This document shows positions 20,799 through 32,271 of a DNA stretch of 64,000 nt, piece after piece. Source of the DNA: Chara braunii (Eukaryota > Plantae > Charophyceae); assembly GCA_003427395.1 (NCBI GenBank), contig BFEA01000040.1, positions 3,039,954-3,103,953 of the forward strand. The letters are read 5' to 3'. Both the position numbers and the translations under genes were made by a program. Below the pieces are notes generated by a model. That model was not told where the DNA came from and did no database searches. It saw only the letters and a program-made list of their open reading frames with translations. Within the stretch, counting starts at the first letter, position 1. Each line of letters begins with the position of its first letter.

Positions 20799-23058
20799 TT
20801 ATTCTGCGCTACGGGAACGAAGGTGAAAACTGCGCTGGCCTCTGGCCTGCCTAAAGTACAGAAGGGGAGGATCAAATTAAAGGATGGATCTGCACGGGAT
20901 GCCCGCCGGGGTGCATTCGAAGATGAAGAAGAGGGAGAGTAACTATGGCGGGCTGCAAAAACATTTAGCTCACTCGATTCTTGATGGAATCAAGCGAACC
21001 GAGAGTCGAATTTGGGGTTATGAGGTAGGGCGAGATGAATGGTGGAAGTAGTTTTGCCGAAGGGTTAGTAAAAGGGAAGTTAGTAAGAAAAAGGTGTGCG
21101 CAGGCTATGGCGGGAGTGGCGAAGACAAAAAGGGAGGAAACGAGTATCTCGCTCGTTTCTGAACGGAATCGAGCGAGGGAAGGGTCGTTCTGGGGGTTTT
21201 GAGGGCAGGCGAGCCTGAATCTGGAGTTAGAATGGAGCTTAGGTTAGTGGATGTGGTGCTAGCAGAGAAATAGCCTGCGCTGAGCTATGGTGGAGGGAGG
21301 AAAACAGAGGAACAAACTTGTAATAAATCTGTCATTTCTTAACCGATTTCTGCGATCTTAGATGCTAATCGGGGGTTTTCGGGGCTGGCGACTCGGAATC
21401 CGAGGTTAGATTTAGAAGAAGGGGGTTAATTTTTGTGCTATAACAAAATTGTGTTACGTGACAGGTGTCGAGGGAAGCGGGATATGGAAAGAACGGGGAG
21501 TTATTATGTTGGTTCAATCTTCGAAAGAATTGAAGGAAGAGAGGATTGTGGGGTTTTGAGCTGAGGCAGGGCAGATGGCGATGGTAGATCCGACGTAGGA
21601 TGGGCGATATGACCGGTATGTGTTGAAAGGGATGCGTGTTGCATAACAGAGTGTATCTGGCCGCATAAAAGTGGGAGATTTATTCTGAATTTCAAGATCT
21701 GTCTGATATCGGATATTTACCTGGCAGTAGTCTGTACTGGGCGCATAAACATGGATGAGAGAGAACTAGGTGCGTGGGCATACGAAAGAAGAAGAGGGAC
21801 GGGAGGTGGTCAAGTAGAGGTGGAAAGGAACCAAACGATGTGGGGAGTCGAGAGCAAGGTTGGGAAAGGGAAGTTATACACACCTGATCATGTTGTGGAG
21901 GAAGATTCATCCCTCCCACTAGCCTTCGCGAGAGCATTGACGGCAGATGCTCAGATCGTAGATAAAGAGAGAGTGGACGAGAGTTGTCCGCAGCCAATCG
22001 AGTGAGGATGGCGAGAGTAAAATGTAGGATTGGGGGGGGAGGAGACCGTGAGGCTGCAAACCTTACCTGTTGGCCGGTTCACTGCTGACCCTCACGAACG
22101 AAGTTGCCGGGCGGTATCTTTCTGCGTGCATGAACAGGAAGCAGTGTACGGTTCCATGTTCTAGCAGAAGATTCATTCCGATTTTGCTCAGTCTGTCTGG
22201 CGGAGCAGCAATTGAATCGGGCAACAAGATAAGTCGTGTTAGTAAGTAGTAGTAGTAATAAGGGAGAGAAAAAGAGAGGTACTTACCATCATAGGCTGGT
22301 AAGGCGAGGTGATGGTAAAGTCGAGCGGCGGCTCAGCACCCGCCAATGTTCCGATACTCCTCATAGTATGAAGCATCGCGCGGTCATCATGATGTTAATT
22401 GCCACGTCATCACCATGGTGGGGTCCTCGTCATTTGGTTCTTTGTCATTGGTTGTGTTACTCATCTCAGGCGTAGTCTTTGTGTTCATCATGGTAGTGCC
22501 CCTGGCTCTCAACAATTGTTTTCCACGTGAGGATGCTGGCGAAAAGCTTTTGAATCTGGTCGGGCCGTTGACCAGATACACTCAAGCGGTGGGAAAGTAA
22601 CCAGCGAAGGAGTAAGGAAGAACGGGGTAGAGAGGAGGAGCTAAATAAGGTTGGAGACTTACCAGTTGGTCAGTGCATTGCTAATCCTATCGATGGAAGT
22701 AGCGTGAGGCCAGCAGCGGAGCCAGATCCGGGGTAGTGACCACCTGCATCATTCGACCGTTCATCCTTACCGTGGTAATTGACTTGGCAATCTTCCTCAT
22801 CGGCCGTGTGCTCATCTTCGAAAATGTTGTTGATTATTTTTGCGTTCAAACGTCGAATTCGCCATCGTTATCATGATCATGGTGGTAGTGTTTATGTTCG
22901 TAGTCCTCAGCCATGATGGTGATCTCCATCACGCTCGTCCTTGTAAGAACTTGGTAATGTTCGTTGTTCCCATCCCCGCGACGTGGTTCTGTTGATGTGA
23001 TTGAACCTAGACATGCGAGCGGCCAGGTCCGTTCGAACGCCGAGGTTACCTGTAAGAC

Positions 23059-23112
<54 letters not shown>

Positions 23113-23220
23113 NNNNNNNNNNNNNNNNNNNNNNNNNNNNNNNNNNNNNNNNNNNNNNNNNNNNNNNNNNNNNNNNNNNNNNNNNNNNNNNNNNNNNNNN
23201 NNNNNNNNNNNNNNNNNNNN

Positions 23221-23310
<90 letters not shown>

Positions 23311-25310
23311 AACAAGCACCCACCTTCAAGAGATGGTGGTGAGGGACGAATCAAAAGTCGAGCTACTGGAGTCAAGCCGGGTGTTGCCACGGGCTAAAGA
23401 TGGGAGCGTATCTTCCAATCGACTAAGGGAAGATTCTTTCTCGATTTGCACATTTTTGAAGCGTGTTGTGCTGACGTCACAACCACTTTTTCTATTGGGG
23501 CCACTCCTGTTGTCCGCGGCTGGCGTCACCATTCCAGCCGGCCTTCACCACTCTCACCTGCAGCTGACCGTTGTCATTTCCCGCTAGGATCGTGTGAACG
23601 TCGCAGAGGAGGTTGGCCAAGTGCATTAAGGAGAAGGAGATGTATGGCGCAGGGTGACTTGATTCGTGGAAATGTCTCTGCTATAGGAGGAGCATGTAGG
23701 CAATAGGGAAGGAAACAGAGAGAGGAGAAGGGAGGATACTGATGTGTGGGAGCGATGGCCTACAAGGTCGACATCTTCATGCACTCCGATTGATGCTGCG
23801 GACGTCAGTAGGATGCTGTCAATTTGTAGGTCGCCAGTAGCTGGTAATAGTAGTAGAAGTCTGGTCTCTGGATACATATGTTTGTGTTAGCAAGGGTGTG
23901 CTCTTACTGACAGTCGGATTTAGCGTCTTGGTTCTCTTGTGGGGCAATGTCTGCATTCTACTTTCTGGACAACGTTCGATTTGCTGACTTTCAATGAGAA
24001 ATTGCATTCTGAATTTTTGCCATTTTGCTATGGTTCGTTCTCCCTGAGAAGGAAGGGAAGATAGAGGAGGCTTACCTACACGTGAACGGTGGGAGGCAGG
24101 AACGCCGTACCGTGCTAGGAGCTGCTGGGTTTCGGCAGCAGCAAGGAGTGTAGCCGCTCCGAGGTACTGCTGAGTCGAGTTTGGAGACTCGAATGCTGAC
24201 CGGTTTCCGGAGTTGGAGTGGCTGCTGGCTTATCCAATCCGGTGCTGACCTGGGCTCAGACTGTTGGGTAATTCCACTGCTGGGACCGAGGTTGCAATGA
24301 TTCAGCGGATCCGTGTTGTCGCTGTTGAGAGCGTTGTAGTGGCTGTTGTCGAGATCACTACTGTTGCAGCTATGCGAATTGCTACCATTTGCGCCGCGGT
24401 TGTTGTTATCGAGGCACCAAGATTGTTGCTGGGCTTTGACAAACTGCTGTCAGACTTAGCTAGGAGAAGCTAATGTTGCCGTTGTGGGGTCTCAAGTTTT
24501 GTTGTTGTTGTTGCTGCTGAGTTCACGGTGCCGAATTGTTGCACAGTACTACGCTTCGCCGGTGTTTGAATGGGGCACGAAGGGATGTGTACTCCATTTG
24601 AACGTTGCCCGGTAAGCTGCGTAGCGGGGTCTTGGTCAGGGGATGGAGAGGTGTGACTTGGGGAAGTGATCCAATTGGCAAAGGGAGTCTTTGTTGCGCG
24701 CTTGAAGGGTGCAATGCAAAGAGGTTATTTCTGCGGCTTGGAGTTTAGTCAGACAACCATTTCTCGGCATCTTGATCAGTTTTGACCATCTCCACTGCAT
24801 TATTGGCCACCATTGCGGGGCCCTTAGGAGCTGAAGATAACAAAACCCTCTCCATGCAAGTATGAGTGAACCTTTTCCTAAATCCTGAGCGACTAAATAT
24901 CTCTCCTTCTACCTTTCTCACTCTCAGTCTAGTCTGTTTTGGATCGGAGGGGAAGGCGGCAAGCGGGATTGAAACCCGTAATCCGCCCCAAGGCCTCTGT
25001 GGGAGGTTCGCCCCACCGATTGCGGGAGCTTTGCCGGAGCCCAGGCGGGGTTCTGGAGGCAGGGAACTTCAGATATAACTCTTGTTTGACGCGTGTGATC
25101 CCTTCCCCTAACTGTTATCCCCTGGGTATCTGAATACAACTACGTAAGGATATTGCTTTTTGTTTTGTTATGTATGTCAGGACATGTTTTTGGAAAGGTA
25201 AATCAACAAGTATATATGAGAGTTCAAATACTTTGAGCAAATTCAGACAAAATAAACTGGGGGAAGGTGAGATGAAGGCGTTTTGTTTGGTTTGACTAGA
25301 TCAACCCAAG

Positions 25311-26302
25311 ACTGGACCCCTCTAGGTTGAGTGGGTCAAGTGCTGTGTTTTATTTATGTTTGCTGGGCTGATTGCATGACCTTCTTAGGACTGGGCCTAT
25401 CCTAGGTTGGACGGACCAGTCGCTGTTTTCTTTGGGGTTTCTGAACAGGAGGATGAGCGCCCTTGGTTGGGAAGGCTCGGATTCCTGGTGTTTTCTTTTG
25501 ATGGGTTTGAGGTGTGTTTTCTTCTCAGGGGAACAAGGGCATGAGACTAAGCGTACCCTTAGGTTAGGGCGGCTCAGTCATATGCTCATAATAACAAAAG
25601 GGGCAGAAAGTTAGTATAAATCTTCTTTTATTTTCCCTTTTAAACACAATGCGGGGTTGGATGTCTCCCTAGGTTGGGTAGGTCTTACCATCTGCCTTAG
25701 AAAAAAAAAAATCATAAAATTTGTACAAAGTATTCATGGTGTTTAAATTGTGGTTACGGAGGCTAAGTGTACCCTTAGGTTATGGCGGCTTAGTCATACG
25801 TCGTTTGTACTTGTTCAGGCAGATCGGACGTACCCTTAGGTTAGGGCGGTCTGGTCGCAAATGCCTTATGTAACTTAAATTGTATAGGCTAACTAGGCGT
25901 ACCCCTAGGTTGGGGCGGCCTAGTGATATGCCCTTGTCGTTAATGCTCTGTGGGTTGGACGTACCCTTAGGTTAGGGCGGTCTAACCATTTGTCGTTTGT
26001 GGTTGTTCAGGCAGGTTAAGCACACCCCTAGGTTGGGGTAGTTTAACCCTACGCCATATGTAACTTTGTTTAAAGCTGGCTAGGCACACCCCTAGAGTGG
26101 GGCAGTCTAGTCCTATGCTTCCTGTCGTTAGTTAAGAAAAGGTCAGACTCACCCTTTGGTTATGCCAGTCTGATCATATGCTTTATGTATATAGTTTATG
26201 TTATGTTGGGCACACCCTTAGGTTAGGGCAGCCCAGTTGTGCGTACTTTACTTGTCTACCTAGGCAGGTGAGGCATACCCTTAGGTGAGGGCTTTGTCTG
26301 AC
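25311..26302 (+). repeat. Array of 35-nt structured hairpin repeats with 26-34-nt spacers
   Basis: Clear units at 25545, 25761, 25822, 25891, 25953, 26014, 26078, 26141 and 26204. Each has an 8-bp outer stem, a GTA/ACA bulge, CCC(T/C)-TAGGTT-(A/G)GGG, CG/CA, then the outer stem. Degenerate units lie at ~25311-25480, ~25660 and ~26265. Confidence 0.9.
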
Positions 26303-29300
26303 CATATGCCATAAGTAAAGGGGGGCATAAGAAGGTGAGAAGAACTGAGTGATTTAACGAACTACTTGGCTCAAATTGATGTGGGGCCATGAGAGATGTT
26401 TTGCTTATGCATGCTTGTGGGCTCTCACTTTGGGACATCTCTTGGATAGGTTAGTTGTTTTAGATGCTCGCCAAATGCTGGAACCATAGATAAATGAGAT
26501 GGATGATGGGAGGGAGAGCTTAAGATAAAGATAGGACTGACCTAACTTGAAGATAAAATTGATGATAGCTCACGATACCATCTTCTTGAAGGGATCGTGT
26601 AAACTATCTTCAGTTCTAACTACCAAGCAAGTGTTAGAAGTTAGTCCCCAGTATAGCTTTGCTTTGTCTTTTTGTTTTCAGCTTCGTATAAATCTTAACA
26701 GCCTCCTGTCCCTACGGGAACCACTGCCGAAATTTCTACAAATCTTAACGAGTTAGTTATTTTTAGACTCATAGAAATTCTGAAAAGACACATTTCTTAC
26801 GGGAAGCGCTGCCGAAATTTTGTAGAATTTGGAGAGTTATATTATTTTCAGCTAGGAGAAATCTGACAATCCATCCTGTTTAGGGGATATGCTGCCGAAA
26901 TTTCTTACATTTTTAGATAAACATCAGAGGTCAGTTAGGAAGGTAGGATTATTTCTTGATCACTCAAACATGGCTTGGGTACTGGTCTGTGCTGCATTGC
27001 AGGTCACCTTTATTCATATAGATTCAAGGCTTGACTATCTTTAAACTGATCCTACAGGGATCACCTTCTGTTATCCTTTGATAACAGGTCGGTTTCCGGC
27101 TCAACTCTAATCCACTCTTGGTATTCAACCAAAAGACTTTAGCCCTGTGGTTTGATTTGTTTTGTTATGTTTTTACCTGGACTTTAATTGAATGGTCATT
27201 TAATAAAGATGCTAAGTATTTTATTTCGAGAGTTGCACAAAAAGTGAGGCTTGTATGGCTAAAGCGAGGGATGTGAGTGCAAGAATGGTTGAAGTTGACC
27301 CCGTGTAGTACATGGACTTTTGGTTGAATCTTTGATGTGATTGCAGGTATGTTTGGTGATTCAGACTTTGGATTTGACTGCCATCGATCACTTAAGTATA
27401 TATGGCTGAAAGGAATCTTACTGTCATTGTGAGAAGTGATCGTCACATATTTGCAACCTTCTATATATATTTACATACATACGCGTTGGGTGTTCGCGCG
27501 ACCTATTGTGACCGCGTGCAAGGGTTAAACAGGTTATGCATTGAGAGAAAAGGAAGATTCTCCTTTCATCCTTTTGCTTTTTAGAATTGATACAGTTTGA
27601 CGTTGTTGTCTGTGGCAACCGTCAAAGTCAAACCCCTCGATCGTTGGTCACCATGACTGCTCTGAAGCTGTCTACTCAACCTCTCTGCACAGGGTGTAGA
27701 AGAGGGTGTGGTCTTTAACCGCACATGACGGTTGTCTAGCGCTGAGAGATTAACCCCTCAGCGCGCATATCATCCGACCATTGAGTGTTGAACGTGACCT
27801 CGGGACTATCGAGGATCGCGCGCTTATGAGTACTACATAGCACTCGATCAGTGCAAATGCTCGCACACGCCCGCACAACTCTTATACAAAAAAATCCAGC
27901 ACGTGATACCTATCTGAGTCTCACGACACAAAATTGTGGGTCGGATACTGAAGGGACTAGGAGTATTGTGGTGTTATGGCGTCATTCATGATGTCTGTTT
28001 TGTGTATTTTTCAGTGTTATGTGTGGGTAGATGTAAGTGTTGTGGTGTACGTGTAGTGTGCGTGAAGCGTCCTAGTCGACCAGAGCGGAGTCGCGTTTGG
28101 GACCTCAGCCCCCCAGAACGTCGATTCGCGTGCGGGTTCGATTTCCTGGGCGTCCGACTGCGCACAACCCCCTATGCTACAACGAACGAAAAACACCCTC
28201 GGCTGCGCCCCCTCTGCAATTGCGTACGAAAAACTTTCACATGTGGTTCAGTAGCTCAGCGGGGATACGCCCACCTAAGGGATGGTGACAGCTCCCGCAG
28301 GTGGAGGTAAGCGGTGACCCTGTCCTGTCGTAGGGGCTCGCGAGAGGTACGGCTGGCGTACTCGGCCAGAGCGGCAAACGGTCTCCTCGACAAGTCTTGC
28401 CAAATCCTGCGTGACGCGGCCGGAAGGGTCCCCGTGCATGACTGATCTGCTCGACAAGTGGCGTCGTTGCCGGGGATCTCGGCTGCCTACCGGGGTCATT
28501 AAGAGAATGAACCCAGGTTAAATGCAGGCTGATGATCCAGGCAAAACGACACATTTTATTAATAGCGTTAGGTAAATGAGTGATGAGTAGTGTATTGATG
28601 GTTTTTATGGGATTACACTATTGAACGGCGATGCGAGATAAGGGACGTCTGTGTACCGTGGCAACTAGTAGTGGCAACTGCAGTTATAAGGTTGCGGGTT
28701 GAGGTGCCATAAAGTAATACAGACGATGTTATGCGTATCTAATGTCATAGACTGATCGTCGTTCGCATTTGATGCGACTCTGCATATTCAGTTACCCAAC
28801 CAAGGATCTTTGGTACTTTAACATAGTCGATGAGCTGCCTAAGTTGTCATGGCAGTATTACTTTACGCTAGCGATAAGAAATAGTGTGACTAAGAAAAAC
28901 GTATTCTCTTCGTACATAAGGGCTCTCGTAAGGAAAGGTCATAAACGTCATATCCATCTAAGTGTTTGAGTTTAACATTTTGAGATTATACTTTTCAACC
29001 TATCTATAAAATGCATTCATCCGCATCAAAATTTTTCTTTTAAGTTAGCATACTTAAAATGCCGACTCATATAAAACTATGTATTTAATGTTATTTATCT
29101 CAGCCTTATTAATCTACGACTAGCTGTATGTGTCATCTGTCAAGTTTTATCTTACATATGTATAACCCTTTGGATCTGTGTTTATCTGAATTATTCATTC
29201 ATATCTATTTTGTTTTCGAATCTATATGCATGGGTTGATCTTTCAAAAGGGGTCGAAAATCTCACATAGAATCCACGCCCGATGCGGATTCGGAGGTGAA

Positions 29301-29985
29301 TGGAGTGACCAGTTCCTTGGAAAGTAAATTTCGTGAACAAATGGTCAATGTGTGAAGTCTACCCTCAGAAAGTTGCAACCCTATGTTATTATTTTCCTGA
29401 GAGGTGGCTTTGAAGAAGTTGTAATCTTGTCTTGTGGGTAGTAGTGAGACCCACGCCGGAACTATGTTCTTGGCCCATAGTGGGGTGTTGTCATCTAATC
29501 TTTGTGGTGAGGTGACTACACTACTACTGAATAGGAGGAAAGTGTTTGAACCTTGTCAGACCATGACCTATGAGGGAGGCGGCTACTGCCTGCCACAGAG
29601 ATGTAGGGGGTGAATTCCCAACTATTTTTGCGTCAAATGGGTTCATTTGCTTGCAAAGGGACAGATCATCCCGGAGTATGTATGGTGAGGTTGTCTACCT
29701 TGTCGGCGAGGGTCTACAAGGTGCAAGTGTTGGAATCGGAGGGAGATGCAGTGAGGCTTGATCCTTGAGCGGGGCTCAAGAATAAGATGTTATCCCTCTG
29801 AAAAAGGATTACACTGCCCCTCGACACGATATATTTTTGTCAAAGCTTCGGGAATTATAATATAATATTTTCATTATTGTTGCATTTGAAAACCGTCATG
29901 GTTGCAAAAAAATTAACTTAAGCATGGTATCAATATTCATTCATGATTATTTCTTCTTCATTACGATACATAGCATTACAATATG

Positions 29986-30767
29986 CATAGTTGTCAGGCC
30001 GAACGTACGGAGGCCCCTAAGCTGACCCCCGAACGTTCGGGCGTTCGGGTCCCCGTACGGGGCCCGAACTCGAAGGGGTTTGGACCCCGCAAAAAATTAT
30101 TTTGGTACCTAAAAATTATTTTTTTTTTCTGATTTGTTTTTTCTGAGTTCTCTGTTATGTAAGCTACTTGTCTCTCAATTTTGAAGTCATTCTGTGGAGC
30201 CAAACAATAATGAAAAATCGGCAAAGATGGTGGTGTCAAAACTTGCTTTCTCACTTACTAATTTGTTTTTTTTTCTCTTTTCACTTTTTGTTTTCCCTTT
30301 ATTTCGAGGCCTGAAAAAAAATATTATTTTTTCAAACTTTATTTGTAGGATCTCTATGATATAAGTTGCATTTGACAAAGCCAAAAAAAAATAAAAAATC
30401 GCCAAAGATGGCGGTGTCAAAAACTTGCTCGCCCACGCAATAATTTCATTCTCGTTTTATTTTTTCTTATTTTCATTAATATTATTTATTTTTTATATTT
30501 GATTTTTATTTCAAATTTGGTAAGAAATTTGGATGAACGTTTGAGGCAAATGTTGTTTAGTTTATTCTTATGCATGACTTTTTTTTTTTTTTGAGATNNN
30601 NNNNNNNNNNNNNNNNNNNNNNNNNNNNNNNNNNNNNNNNNNNNNNNNNNNNNNNNNNNNNNNNNNNNNNNNNNNNNGTCGAACGTCCGAACGCGTCGAG
30701 AGGGGTTCCCAAACGTTTAGGCGTTCGGGTTCGGGTGTTCGGCCCGTCCCGAACGCCGGCAACCCTG
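29986..30767. mobile_element. hAT-like non-autonomous element (MITE)
   Basis: Imperfect TIRs CATAGTTGTCAG / CAGGGTTGCCGG. The 8-bp TSD is ACAATATG (29978-29985) / ACAATATA (30768-30775). Subterminal CCGAAC/GTTCGG motifs are clustered around an AT-rich core. Confidence 0.8.
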
Positions 30768-32271
30768 ACAATATATATATTAATGTTATTATCGCATGAT
30801 CATGACCATTAGAAGAGATAAAATTTTAGAGAGTGAATAAGAGTTTAACAATAAGGTCCGGTAAGGAAGAGAAAAGACAGATTGCCTCTGAGGTATAGAG
30901 TGTCCTGCTTATCTTTGAATTAAGGTTGTTCAACTCTAAGTACGTGTATGGCTTTCAGGCTATTTTTCGTTCCTTTTGAGTTGAGATATCCCAACTTTAT
31001 ACATAATAAAGACTTGAGACTACCTCTTTGTCTGACGATCATTATCACTCTCACGTGTGTGGATTTATCCCGATGTATGATGATTTTTTAATGCGAGAGA
31101 TGTACAGGATGCATCTCGTGTGTTTTGTAAATGTAAAATGTGTAAACTGTCTACTCTTCGATATACTCGCACAATCTGCCTATGGACAGATAATAGGCTC
31201 GAGTATAAGAAGGGGGAGTGCAGTTCGTTTTGTAAAAATGTGTGGGAATCCTAAGGGATTTAGGAGTCTTTTTGCGACTTGAATGCTTGTCTATGCCGAA
31301 TGTTATTTGCTGAGCTGAGATGAAGACCCATAAGTTGGTCTCTCAGTAATTAGTGTTTTTTAGCTGACTTCCCTCTATGTGGGAGTTGGTTGTGAGAATT
31401 TATGATTAATTACCCTCCATGTGAGACGTGGTGGTGAGATTTTACTATAAGTGAGTCCCCTTCAAAAGTGAAAGGTGGTTAAATGATTTGAAATGGCATG
31501 AAAATCAGTTTTGACGATAAAATATGACGAGAAAGACCAAGAGAAATTATTATTTTGATGAAATTTTGGAAGGTCGCAAATTGGTGAAATGTTGAGAGAT
31601 GTCTTTAAGATGTGTGGTCTGCTTCACTCTGATCAAGTGGGAGGCCACGACCCTGTGAATCTTGCGGTGAATTTTTGAGGATTTTGGAAAGGACGCAGTG
31701 CTCTGTATATCGTCCTATAGAGAACTGGTGAATGCCTTTGAGTGAGACAGACCTATGTGTAGTCCCGCAGTAGGCCTGAGTTTATTGGGACACACCGTCC
31801 AGTTATTATGATGCTAATCTTAAGACATATATGAGAGACCTAGCTTGAAAATAATCTGGCATCACTAGGGTGCAACCCCTAGTGATTGGCTGCTGACCGA
31901 CACAACCTGGCAACGGGACCATGACTCACCAAAGGGTAAGGCTTGAGGGGTGTGGCCGCCTCAGATGGTCTTACTCTCGCGGGATGTCAGAGGGATAAAA
32001 GTCGAGTCTGTCGTGTTTCTTGAGAGTCCAGATAGAAAGTTTATCAGGATATTTGCTTATCGTTGCGCAACCAACGAGGACACTGCCGCTAATGTAACAA
32101 CGCGGCGGGCCGTAGATCTGGCTCGATCAACCAGACTATGGTGGACCAAGATGGATGCCTGACTCTACTGTAATAGAGTGCAGGAGAGATCTGTGATAAA
32201 AGTTGTATATTTTTGTAGATATTTTATGAGAAAGGCGATAATGCCTTCAAAAGGTCTCGGTTAGGGCCCGC

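Noticed and set aside
25545-26238. True CRISPR array
   Set aside because: The context is eukaryotic, there are no cas genes, the repeats diverge in sequence, and the spacers are related to each other with period 3.
26565-26580. Minus-strand tRNA-iMet PBS (TGGTATCGTGAGC)
   Set aside because: The match is imperfect, and no paired LTR or gag was found.
29812-30901. CACTG...GAGTG as CACTA termini
   Set aside because: The TIR match is poor and there is no TSD.
31861-31886. Isolated 10-bp hairpin ATCACTAGGG-TGCAAC-CCCTAGTGAT (and a palindrome at ~18437-18454)
   Set aside because: Single occurrences with no supporting context.
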